NCBI GenBank assembly: GCA_959608625.1
Contig: CAUHQV010000007.1
Span: 589 to 64,588 of the forward strand
Length of the DNA stretch: 64,000 nt
Direction: 5' to 3'
From: an uncultured Flavobacteriales bacterium
Lineage (GTDB): Bacteria > Bacteroidota > Bacteroidia > Flavobacteriales > UBA1820
In this document: positions 9,400-17,640 of the stretch, piece by piece
How the letters are laid out: each line of letters opens with the position of its first letter
Position numbering within the stretch: position 1 is the first letter of the stretch
Notes under the pieces: model-generated
Databases searched by the model: none
The model's input: the letters and a program-made list of their open reading frames with translations, nothing else
What the model was told of the DNA's origin: nothing
Made by a program: the position numbers and the translations under genes

Positions 9400-10827
9400 T
9401 CAGTTGAGATAATCGATATCGAGCCCCCACGACCATTTGTCGTAGAACAGGTTACCGTCGGAGGTCTCCACTTCCCCGGCCTGGAAATCCACCGTATCGC
9501 TGGCGGGGAATTTCTTGGCAGGATAGAACCCGCAGGTATAATTGTTGTTGGCGATCATACGGTACGAATCGATCCCGCTGTCGAAGAACTGGGCGCCGCC
9601 TTTGTTGGTCAGCACCTGGTTCCGTCCGAACGATACGTCCACCGGCACCCATCCGATCCCCTCGTAGTACACTTCAGCCCAATCGTGCATGTTCCAGGAT
9701 TTGGGATGCACCATCAGCCCGCTCTGCCAACGCGCCGGTACGCCGGAAGCCCGGGCCAGGTCGATCAACAGCAGGGCTACCTGTCCGCAGTCGCCTTTCT
9801 TGTTGTCCAGCACATACTGCGGGATATCCTCGATCAGCGAATAGTTGAGCGCGGAAGCCCAGGGATATTGTTTTACGTAGTCGAATATCTTCTTGACTTT
9901 TTTGTACGGATCGGTTTCGTCGCCTACGATCTCCTTGGCCAGTTTTTTCATGGATTCGGTCTGCAGGAGGTGCGGGGCGCGCACAGCCGTAAATTCTTTA
10001 TACACGGCAGAAGCCGTATCGTACGGCGCTATTTCCACTCCTTCCAGGTCGAAATGCTGCCCCCAAGCGGTATACTGGTAGTCTACGAAAAATTCGGTCG
10101 GTTTACCGGCCTCGGCCACTTTTTCCATATAGGCGCTGTGGTGGCAGTAGTCCAGCGGAGCTACGACCGCCGAATCCGAAGTAGCCAGCAGTTCGATGTC
10201 CGTCTGGCGGGGCACGTCGCCGCGGGGGATCGGAATCCATACACGAAGGGTATCCCCGGCGGGAACCGCATCGGCTTTCACCGTCACATGGTGGCGTATC
10301 TTCATCGTCTTGGGCGCTGCCAACTGTCCGCTGGGCGCTTTCAGGATCTCGGGCAGGTTTACGTTGAGCACCGAATCCTGAGCCCGGCCGCCGTCGTTGC
10401 CTACGGAAGCCCGCTGGATAGCTTCTTTATCCACACGGAACACATTGGGTGCCGCATTGCGGAAGAAAAGGGTATCCCCGTCTATCACCCGGTATTCGAG
10501 TACGCCGTTCTTGATCCATTCGGACACTTTCGTCTGAGTGCTGTCCCCGTAATAACGCTGCACGTAAGTTACGACTTCGTCCTTAGTACGGCGGAAATCG
10601 CTGCGCAGTTTGTAAAGGGAATCCTTTTTCTGGATATAGGCATACGCTTTGTCGGAGTCCTTGCCGGCATCGGCAATAAGAGAGTCGAGCATTTTCTCGG
10701 CTTTGGTGTATTCGCCGGCAAGCATGGCCGAACGAAGCTGTACGTCGGCATCTTTCTTGCCGGAGCAGGCCGCTACCAAAAGAAGGGCGACCCCGATTGC
10801 CGTAGTGGCGATAACGTGTGTCTTCAT
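9400..10827 (-). CDS. Transglutaminase-like cysteine peptidase-fold lipoprotein
   Basis: 475 aa. It has a lipoprotein signal (LLLVAAC) and an intact TGase core Cys/His/Asp context (KKGDCGQVALLLIDLARASGVPARW...MHDWAEVYYEGIGWVPVDVS). Confidence 0.8.
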   Translation of the reverse strand: MKTHVIATTAIGVALLLVAACSGKKDADVQLRSAMLAGEYTKAEKMLDSLIADAGKDSDKAYAYIQKKDSLYKLRSDFRRTKDEVVTYVQRYYGDSTQTKVSEWIKNGVLEYRVIDGDTLFFRNAAPNVFRVDKEAIQRASVGNDGGRAQDSVLNVNLPEILKAPSGQLAAPKTMKIRHHVTVKADAVPAGDTLRVWIPIPRGDVPRQTDIELLATSDSAVVAPLDYCHHSAYMEKVAEAGKPTEFFVDYQYTAWGQHFDLEGVEIAPYDTASAVYKEFTAVRAPHLLQTESMKKLAKEIVGDETDPYKKVKKIFDYVKQYPWASALNYSLIEDIPQYVLDNKKGDCGQVALLLIDLARASGVPARWQSGLMVHPKSWNMHDWAEVYYEGIGWVPVDVSFGRNQVLTNKGGAQFFDSGIDSYRMIANNNYTCGFYPAKKFPASDTVDFQAGEVETSDGNLFYDKWSWGLDIDYLN

Positions 10828-10843
10828 AGTTGAGTGTTGTGTA

Positions 10844-12013
10844 TTATGCTTTTTTGGGCACCGCTCCCACGCCGGGAAGGTCTGCCAAGGTTATTTTTCC
10901 GTCCACGATCTTCATACCGGTGAAGTTGTCGTTGCTTATCAGCAGGTTGCCGTCCAGGTCAGCCCAGTCTATGGCCGGGGAAAGCTGTGCGGCGGCCGAG
11001 ATGCCGACCGAAGATTCCCCGCTCATGCAGCCCAGCATAATCTTCATATCGAGCGCACGGGCCAGGTCGACCATCTTGTGCGCCTCGCGCATACCGGTGC
11101 ACTTCATCAACTTGATATTGATCGCCGAGAAAACTCCGTGGAGTTTCTTTACGTCCACCAGGCGCTGGCAGGATTCGTCGGCCACGGTAGGCAGCGGGCT
11201 GCGTTCGGTGATCCACGCCATGTCGTCCAGGTTGTAGCGCCCGATCGGCTGTTCTACGAAGATAAAGCCGTTGTCCTTGCACCAGTAGATCATATCCAGC
11301 GCATAACTCTTGTCCTTCCATCCCTGGTTGGCATCCACGCAAAGAGGCTTGTTCGGTTCGATCTCGCGGATGGTCTTCACCAACTCTTTGTCCGCATCGC
11401 CGCCGAGTTTTACTTTGATAATGCTGTAAGGAGCGGCCTCACGGGTTTTCTGGCGTACCACGTCCATCGTATCCAATCCGATGGTATAGGAAGTGGAAGG
11501 AGCCTTGGCGGCCGTATAGCCCCAGATGTCGCACCACTTGGCGCCGAAAAGTTTGCCCACCAAATCGTGCAGGGCGATGTCGATCGCAGCCTTGGCGGCG
11601 GCGTTATAGGCCGTAATATTGTCGACATAGGTCAGGATATCGTCCATCTCGAAAGGACTGGCGAACTGGCCGAGGTCTACCCGCTTGAGGAACTCGATGA
11701 CCGAAGCCTGGGATTCTCCCAGATAGGGAGGCGTGACGGCCTCGCCGTAGCCGATCACTCCGTCGTATTCGATCTGGATCTGTACCAATTCGGTGAAGGC
11801 ACGCGAAGAACCCGATACGGCGAACTGGTGCAGGAATTTCGTTTCGTAAGGCTTGAATGTGAGTTTCATTTTTTTGCTCCCCCCTTTATTGATGGCCGGA
11901 GCCTTCGAAGAGCCCACCACCGAGGCCAAAGCCGGAGTCGTGGCGCTCGCCAATATCCCTGCGCCGGTTACTATTGCTGCTTTCTTGAGAAAATCACGTC
12001 TATTTTTATCCAT
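10844..12013 (-). CDS. Dipeptide epimerase (L-Ala-D/L-Glu epimerase-like, enolase superfamily MLE subgroup) with an N-terminal Tat signal
   Basis: I trimmed the track ORF (to 12157) to ATG 12013 because the longer form overlaps the upstream gene. The N-terminus is MDKNRRDFLKKAAIVTGAGILASATTPALA. Catalytic and metal motifs are present: IIKVKLG (KxK), VDANQGW, FVEQP, VADES, INIKLMKCTG. Confidence 0.85.
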   Translation of the reverse strand: MDKNRRDFLKKAAIVTGAGILASATTPALASVVGSSKAPAINKGGSKKMKLTFKPYETKFLHQFAVSGSSRAFTELVQIQIEYDGVIGYGEAVTPPYLGESQASVIEFLKRVDLGQFASPFEMDDILTYVDNITAYNAAAKAAIDIALHDLVGKLFGAKWCDIWGYTAAKAPSTSYTIGLDTMDVVRQKTREAAPYSIIKVKLGGDADKELVKTIREIEPNKPLCVDANQGWKDKSYALDMIYWCKDNGFIFVEQPIGRYNLDDMAWITERSPLPTVADESCQRLVDVKKLHGVFSAINIKLMKCTGMREAHKMVDLARALDMKIMLGCMSGESSVGISAAAQLSPAIDWADLDGNLLISNDNFTGMKIVDGKITLADLPGVGAVPKKA

Positions 12014-12053
12014 GGTATGTCGTATTTTATTTTTTGATGAATCGATCTGACTT

Positions 12054-13232
12054 TTATTCCTGTACCTGGAAATAAGGGTTTTTTTCGAACGAGGTAATAC
12101 CCAATCCTTTATCTTGGTTACCGATGATACGGGCCGCACGCACCAGCCTGTCCACATAATATTTGGAATATTCGGTGTGGGCCGGATTGAAACTGGTCAC
12201 ATGTACGTCGCCGGCTTCGTGGATGAAACGGCCGTCGCCTACGTAAATCCCCACGTGCCACACGCGGTTGGGTTTGCCGTCGGCCGTACGGTTGCCGAAG
12301 AATACCAGGTCGCCGGGCTGAAGGTTCTTATAGCCCTCGGATACGTCGATGCTCTCCCCGGTGAGGCACTGCTGCGAAGCGTCGCGGGCCAGGACCACCC
12401 CGTTGAGCATATACACCGTTTTGGCAAAACCACTGCAATCCATCAACTTGGCCGAAGTACCGGCCCACAGGTACGAAACCCCCATAAAACGGTAAGCATC
12501 TTTAATTACGTTCTCAGCCGTAGGACGGGTCTTTTTCGCCCACTGGGAAAAATCGGCCACATCCGCTTTGGCCACATAGCACTCGCGGCCGTCCGCGAGT
12601 GCTGCGTGCACGTATTTTCCTTTCGCTCCTTTATAGATCAGGATATTTCCGGCTACCAGGTCGGTCACCCGCGGGGAGGAAGCGTCCGGCTTTTCATAAG
12701 CCCAGCCCCAATCCGCCAGGTAGATGACTTTGTTTTCCCGGGCATAATCGTTGTACTGCTCTTTGGTCATCGGCCGTATCGAGCTGGAAGGCACCCACGA
12801 GATGTAATCTTCCGGGGTTTGTACCAGGTACCAGTCGTTCTGTTTGAAGATGCGCACCGGCACGCCCAGAAGAAGCTGGGTAGCCTGTTCCGAGGCGTAC
12901 GAAGCCCCGTACCGCAACGTGGCTACAGGTACCCGAACCACGCCGTACGTCTTCCCGTCCAATCCCTTTTCATCTGGGAGCATTTTTACCGCGTCCAGCG
13001 TTTCGAGGCCCTGCGCTTTGGCCAACTTCAAAAGTTCGGCCTTTGCTTGGGGGACACTGGTCTCTCCGGAAAGCACCATAGGCCCATTGGTCGGCACGGC
13101 TTTAATATCAAACACCGTCGTGCGTTTGTCCGGGGCGTATTTTTGTTTGACAGAGTCTATCGTTTTACTAAATTCCTGACCTACAGCGGACAGTGAGATG
13201 ACAAATGAAATAAGTAGCAATAGTTTTTTCAT
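12054..13232 (-). CDS. NlpC/P60 gamma-D-glutamyl-L-diamino-acid endopeptidase with N-terminal SH3b domains (YkfC-like)
   Basis: 392 aa with a signal peptide (MKKLLLLISFVISLSAVGQ) and NlpC/P60 Cys/His context (LMDCSGFAKTVY...RVWHVGIYVGDGRFIHEAG). Confidence 0.85.
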   Translation of the reverse strand: MKKLLLLISFVISLSAVGQEFSKTIDSVKQKYAPDKRTTVFDIKAVPTNGPMVLSGETSVPQAKAELLKLAKAQGLETLDAVKMLPDEKGLDGKTYGVVRVPVATLRYGASYASEQATQLLLGVPVRIFKQNDWYLVQTPEDYISWVPSSSIRPMTKEQYNDYARENKVIYLADWGWAYEKPDASSPRVTDLVAGNILIYKGAKGKYVHAALADGRECYVAKADVADFSQWAKKTRPTAENVIKDAYRFMGVSYLWAGTSAKLMDCSGFAKTVYMLNGVVLARDASQQCLTGESIDVSEGYKNLQPGDLVFFGNRTADGKPNRVWHVGIYVGDGRFIHEAGDVHVTSFNPAHTEYSKYYVDRLVRAARIIGNQDKGLGITSFEKNPYFQVQE

Positions 13233-13296
13233 CGCAACATGAAATCTTTTAGTATGTTAGAGGATAATTGATTTTTGCCGAAAATTCAACATTCAG

Positions 13297-13304
13297 CAAA
13301 TATA
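13297..13304 (-). promoter_or_regulatory. Candidate -7 box (TATATTTG on the minus strand) for the NlpC/P60-epimerase-TGase operon
   Basis: TAnnTTTG lies 65 nt upstream of ATG 13232. Confidence 0.4.
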
Positions 13305-13352
13305 AGCACACATTGCGAACTTACCAATAATATAGGCGGACAATTTAATCCC

Positions 13353-13360
13353 TATCTTTG
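13353..13360 (+). promoter_or_regulatory. Candidate -7 box (TATCTTTG) for the M23 peptidase gene
   Basis: TAnnTTTG lies 41 nt upstream of ATG 13401. This supports the trimmed start. Confidence 0.5.
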
Positions 13361-13400
13361 TTATTTATTAGTAAAATTTCAATTTCCGATAAAATCGTCC

Positions 13401-15128
13401 ATGAGAAAATACCCCCTGTTTATTCTGACAGCTATCTCCTGCCTGTTGTTCCAGCCGCTGTCCGCCCAAAAAACTTCCGAAATACCCCGCCGCCTCTTTG
13501 CACCCCCTATGACCCACAAAGCGGTGCTGGCCGGATCCTTCGGAGAACTGCGCGACGGGCACTTCCACGCCGGGGATGACCTAAAGACACAGTTCGTGGT
13601 CGGGAAAGAAATACATGCCCCGGCCGAAGGCTCCGTGGTGCGGGTGAGCGTGAGCCGCGCCGGATACGGGAAAGCGCTCTACATCCGGCATCCGAACGGT
13701 TATACGACGGTCTACGGACACCTGAACGGATATGCCCCCAAAATAGATTCATTGGTGCGCGCCGAGCAATACGCCCGGAAAAGCTACACCATAAACCGGG
13801 AATTCGCTGAAAACGAAATCCCGGTCGAAAAAGGCGAGTTGGTGGCCTACTCCGGGAATACCGGTTCGTCGATGGGGCCGCACCTGCATTTCGAAGTGCG
13901 CCGTACCGAAGACAACAAAGTGATGAACCCGATGCTTTTCGGCCTTAAAGTCGCCGACCACCGGGCTCCGACCATCCAGGGGATTTACCTGATGAACACC
14001 GAAGGCTCCGACTCCCTGGAAACGCTTTCCGAACCCCGCCGCATCGCATTCGGGAAAAATTCCGACCGGGCACGCGTTACCGCCCGGGGACAGATCGCCT
14101 TTCTGGTGGACGCCTACGACACGATGGACGATGCCCCCAACCGGAACGGCGTATACGGGATCGACCTGTACGTGAACGGCCGGAAAGCGTACGGCATGCG
14201 GCTGGACGGGTTCTATTTCGAAGACACCGGCATGATCGAGCGCCATATCGCCTACGATTACTACGCCCTGAAAGGGACGCGGCTGGTCAAATGCTTCGTC
14301 GAACCGTTCAACACCCTGACCATTTACGATGACTCATGCAAAGTATCCCCCGTATTGGACGTGACTCCTGGCAGCCAGTATGACGTGCGGATCGATGTGT
14401 CGGACGTGGCCGGTAATATCAGCCGGAAATACATCACCGTGATGGGCAGCGAATCGGCTCCACAGTACACACCCAAGCCCACCGCCGAACCTACGGGCGG
14501 CTCCCACCTGCTCTATTTCGACGCCGGAAAGTACAACAAGATAAAATACGGCCGTTTCGAGGCGGATTTCCCGGCGGGGATTTTTTACAAAAACCTGCAA
14601 TTCGATTTCGAAGCCCTGGATTCGATGACCTTCCGGCTCCACCGCCGCACGGTGCCCCTGAAAAATTCGTTCACGGTAAATTTCGACATCAGCCACTTGC
14701 CGGCCGATATTCAGGAGAAAACAGCCATCGCTGTGCCCTATCCCCGCCGCGACGGAAGCACCGGCTATAGTTTTATGGGCGGAAAAGTAGAAAACGGACA
14801 TATCTCACTACGCACCTCATCGCTCACCACTTTCACCGTCGCCCAGGATACCATCCCTCCCCAGATAGACCGGGGATCTTGGAGGGAAGGGGAAAAATTA
14901 CGGGGCCGTTACCTGCGTATGTACATCCGCGATGGGCAGACCGGCATTTCTTCATTTAACGCCTATGTGGACGGCCAGTGGGTACTGATGGAATACGAGC
15001 ACAAACGCCGCGAACTCTTCCTCGATGTCATCCGGGAACGGATCCCGACCGGGCGGCACACATTCCGGCTTGAAGTCAAGGACGGGGTCGGCAATGAATC
15101 GACATTCGAAGGCTCATTTTCTTTATAA
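13401..15128 (+). CDS. M23 family (LytM-type) metallopeptidase with a long C-terminal domain
   Basis: Start trimmed from 13275 to MRKYPLFILTAISCLLFQPLSAQ (signal peptide). M23 motifs are HFHAGDDL and GPHLHFEVR. Confidence 0.85.
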   Translation: MRKYPLFILTAISCLLFQPLSAQKTSEIPRRLFAPPMTHKAVLAGSFGELRDGHFHAGDDLKTQFVVGKEIHAPAEGSVVRVSVSRAGYGKALYIRHPNGYTTVYGHLNGYAPKIDSLVRAEQYARKSYTINREFAENEIPVEKGELVAYSGNTGSSMGPHLHFEVRRTEDNKVMNPMLFGLKVADHRAPTIQGIYLMNTEGSDSLETLSEPRRIAFGKNSDRARVTARGQIAFLVDAYDTMDDAPNRNGVYGIDLYVNGRKAYGMRLDGFYFEDTGMIERHIAYDYYALKGTRLVKCFVEPFNTLTIYDDSCKVSPVLDVTPGSQYDVRIDVSDVAGNISRKYITVMGSESAPQYTPKPTAEPTGGSHLLYFDAGKYNKIKYGRFEADFPAGIFYKNLQFDFEALDSMTFRLHRRTVPLKNSFTVNFDISHLPADIQEKTAIAVPYPRRDGSTGYSFMGGKVENGHISLRTSSLTTFTVAQDTIPPQIDRGSWREGEKLRGRYLRMYIRDGQTGISSFNAYVDGQWVLMEYEHKRRELFLDVIRERIPTGRHTFRLEVKDGVGNESTFEGSFSL

Positions 15129-15164
15129 CGCCCAACAAACTGACTTACAATATTTAAAAAACCG

Positions 15165-15198
15165 CCCTATCCCGTAAGAAGGATAGGGTTTTATTTTT
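15165..15198 (+). terminator. Rho-independent terminator after the M23 peptidase
   Basis: CCCTATCC-cgtaagaa-GGATAGGG followed by TTTTATTTTT. Confidence 0.8.
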
Positions 15199-15234
15199 CG
15201 GAAAACATTTATTATCATATATGATAATAATATT

Positions 15235-15242
15235 TATATTTG
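15235..15242 (+). promoter_or_regulatory. Candidate -7 box (TATATTTG) for the hypothetical secreted protein
   Basis: It lies 27 nt upstream of ATG 15269 and inside the longer track ORF, which supports the trimmed start. Confidence 0.5.
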
Positions 15243-15268
15243 TCCCAAAACATTTTCCTGAAAAAGAG

Positions 15269-15826
15269 ATGAAAAAGACCCTGTTTTTCCTCCTTACCCT
15301 TTGGCCTTTTCTCCCGGGTTCGGCCCAGGGAAGCCTTGAAAACCCATTCCCGGAAATCCGCCTGGGCGAACGGCTTGTATTTTTCCTGCAAAAGAATACA
15401 GACGCCGTTTTAAAAAAAGAACCTTCATTTCTCCTGCCTGAAGGCCTATCGACAGCCGGAATGAAAGAATACCGTATCCTCCGGAAAACGGGAAATGAAA
15501 CAAATGAAAACTTTATCTGCTTTTTTTCGAGGAAAAAGGCAGCCATACTCGTCTCCTGTTATGATATGATCCCCGGACAAGACATCCTTACCGCCCTGAG
15601 AAAAAAGTATGGGCATTATTCATCGAGGACAATCTACAAAGGCCCCGATTTCAACCGATCCGGATGCCCGACCCAGGAAGTAACGTATTGGACGGATAAA
15701 AATCAGGTATTTTACTTCATTTACATGCCCGAATACCGCCGTTGCCAGTTTATCCTGATAGATTCGGATGTACAGGACAGGCTAAAGTCGGAAAAGAATA
15801 AAGCCATCTTAAAAAGGCTCCGTTAA
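15269..15826 (+). CDS. Hypothetical secreted protein
   Basis: Trimmed to MKKTLFFLLTLWPFLPGSAQG (signal peptide). The gene is visibly AT-richer than its neighbours and has no recognisable motif. Confidence 0.55.
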   Translation: MKKTLFFLLTLWPFLPGSAQGSLENPFPEIRLGERLVFFLQKNTDAVLKKEPSFLLPEGLSTAGMKEYRILRKTGNETNENFICFFSRKKAAILVSCYDMIPGQDILTALRKKYGHYSSRTIYKGPDFNRSGCPTQEVTYWTDKNQVFYFIYMPEYRRCQFILIDSDVQDRLKSEKNKAILKRLR

Positions 15827-15874
15827 TCCTCCCGGCACAGTCGAAAACCTGTCCGATCTTTTTACAGAGCTGTT

Positions 15875-15904
15875 TTTGGAATCCGGTGCAAAGGCCTATC
15901 TTTG
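15875..15904 (+). promoter_or_regulatory. Candidate promoter for ettA (-33 TTTG and -7 TATCTTTG)
   Basis: TTTG at 15875-15878, an 18-nt spacer, then TATCTTTG at 15897-15904. ATG 15935 is 30 nt downstream. Confidence 0.55.
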
Positions 15905-15934
15905 TCGAAAGAACAAATCGACAACAGACACACT

Positions 15935-17623
15935 ATGGCAGACGACAACAAGGTCATTTTTTCCATGACCGGGGTCACCAAGACCTATTCCCGTACGAAC
16001 AAGACCGTCCTGAAGAATATTTACCTCAGCTTTTTCTACGGAGCCAAAATAGGCATCCTCGGGCTGAACGGGGCCGGGAAATCCACCCTGCTCAAGATCA
16101 TTGCCGGCCTCGAAAAAGAATACCAGGGCGATGTCGTATTCGCTCCCGGATACACGGTGGGTTATCTCCCGCAGGACCCACAGCTGGATCCGGAGAAGAC
16201 CGTGCTGGACATCGTAAAAGAAGGGGTAGCGGATACCGTAGCGATACTGGACGAATACAATAAGATCAACGACCAGTTCGGCTTGGAAGAGGTCTATTCC
16301 GATCCCGACAAGATGGATGCGCTGATGCGCCGCCAAGGGGAACTCCAAGACGAGATCGACGCCAAGAATGCCTGGGAACTCGACACCAAACTGAACATCG
16401 CGATGGACGCCCTGCGTACCCCGGCCCCGGAAACACCCGTTTCGACGCTTTCCGGAGGGGAGCGCCGCCGGGTCGCCCTCTGCCGCCTTTTGCTGCAGGA
16501 ACCCGACGTACTGCTGCTCGACGAGCCGACCAACCACCTGGACGCCGAAAGCATCCTTTGGCTGGAAGAACACCTGCGCCAGTACAAAGGCACGGTCATC
16601 GCCGTCACACACGACCGTTACTTCCTGGACAACGTCGCCGGCTGGATACTGGAACTCGACCGGGGCGAAGGCATTCCCTGGAAGGGCAATTATTCATCCT
16701 GGCTGGAGCAAAAAACGACCCGTCTGGCCAAAGAGGAAAAACAAGCCTCCAAACGCGCCAAAACCCTCCAGCGCGAGCTCGACTGGGTGCGGCAGAATCC
16801 CAAAGGCCGTCAGGCCAAATCGAAAGCGCGCCTTTCATCCTACGAGCGCCTGCTGAACGAAGACCAGAAAGAAAAAGAAGAAAAACTGGAGATCTACATC
16901 CCGAACGGCCCCCGTTTGGGTACCAATGTGATCGAAGCCCTGCACGTTTCGAAAGCCTACGGAGACAAACTCCTGTACGACGACCTCAACTTCCGCCTGC
17001 CGCAGAATGGCATCGTGGGCATCATCGGGCCCAACGGCGCGGGTAAGACGACCATCTTCCGCATGATCATGGGGCAGGAACAACCCGACAACGGCACATT
17101 CGACGTAGGCGATACGGTCAAAATAGGGTACGTGGACCAGACCCATGCCGGGCTGGATCCCAAAAAGAGCATCTGGGAGAACTTTTCGGGCGGACAGGAA
17201 CTGATCCTAATGGGCGGCCGGCAGGTCAACTCGCGCGCCTACCTGTCGCGTTTTAATTTCTCCGGCACCGAGCAGAACAAACTGGTGGAGGAAATGTCCG
17301 GCGGCGAACGCAACCGCCTGCATCTGGCCATCACCCTGAAGGAAGAGGGCAATGTGCTGCTGCTCGACGAACCGACCAACGATCTGGACATCAACACCCT
17401 CCGCGCCCTTGAAGAAGGGCTGGACAATTTCGCCGGATGCGCCGTGATCATCTCGCACGACCGCTGGTTCCTCGACCGCGTCTGCACGCATATTCTGGCT
17501 TTCGAGGGGAATTCCGAGGTGTATTTCTTTGAAGGTTCCTTCTCCGATTACGAGGAGAACAAGAAAAAAAGGCTGGGCGATACCGCCCCTACCCGTATCC
17601 GGTACAAGAAGCTGACACGCTGA
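15935..17623 (+). CDS. ettA: ABC-F ATPase, energy-dependent translational throttle EttA
   Basis: Trimmed to MADDNKVIFSMTGVTKTY. Two ABC cassettes are present (GLNGAGKST/LSGGERRRV and GPNGAGKTT/MSGGERNRL), with no TM domain. At 562 aa it matches EttA/YjjK length. Confidence 0.9.
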   Translation: MADDNKVIFSMTGVTKTYSRTNKTVLKNIYLSFFYGAKIGILGLNGAGKSTLLKIIAGLEKEYQGDVVFAPGYTVGYLPQDPQLDPEKTVLDIVKEGVADTVAILDEYNKINDQFGLEEVYSDPDKMDALMRRQGELQDEIDAKNAWELDTKLNIAMDALRTPAPETPVSTLSGGERRRVALCRLLLQEPDVLLLDEPTNHLDAESILWLEEHLRQYKGTVIAVTHDRYFLDNVAGWILELDRGEGIPWKGNYSSWLEQKTTRLAKEEKQASKRAKTLQRELDWVRQNPKGRQAKSKARLSSYERLLNEDQKEKEEKLEIYIPNGPRLGTNVIEALHVSKAYGDKLLYDDLNFRLPQNGIVGIIGPNGAGKTTIFRMIMGQEQPDNGTFDVGDTVKIGYVDQTHAGLDPKKSIWENFSGGQELILMGGRQVNSRAYLSRFNFSGTEQNKLVEEMSGGERNRLHLAITLKEEGNVLLLDEPTNDLDINTLRALEEGLDNFAGCAVIISHDRWFLDRVCTHILAFEGNSEVYFFEGSFSDYEENKKKRLGDTAPTRIRYKKLTR

Positions 17624-17640
17624 TCAAAATCAATCCTGAT

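Noticed and set aside
9160-13196. Three long plus-strand ORFs (9160..10833 of 557 aa, 10649..12037 of 462 aa, 12114..13196 of 360 aa) antisense to the TGase-like, epimerase and NlpC/P60 genes.
   Set aside because: These are shadow ORFs opposite genes with clear catalytic motifs. They have no signal peptide, motif or promoter support.
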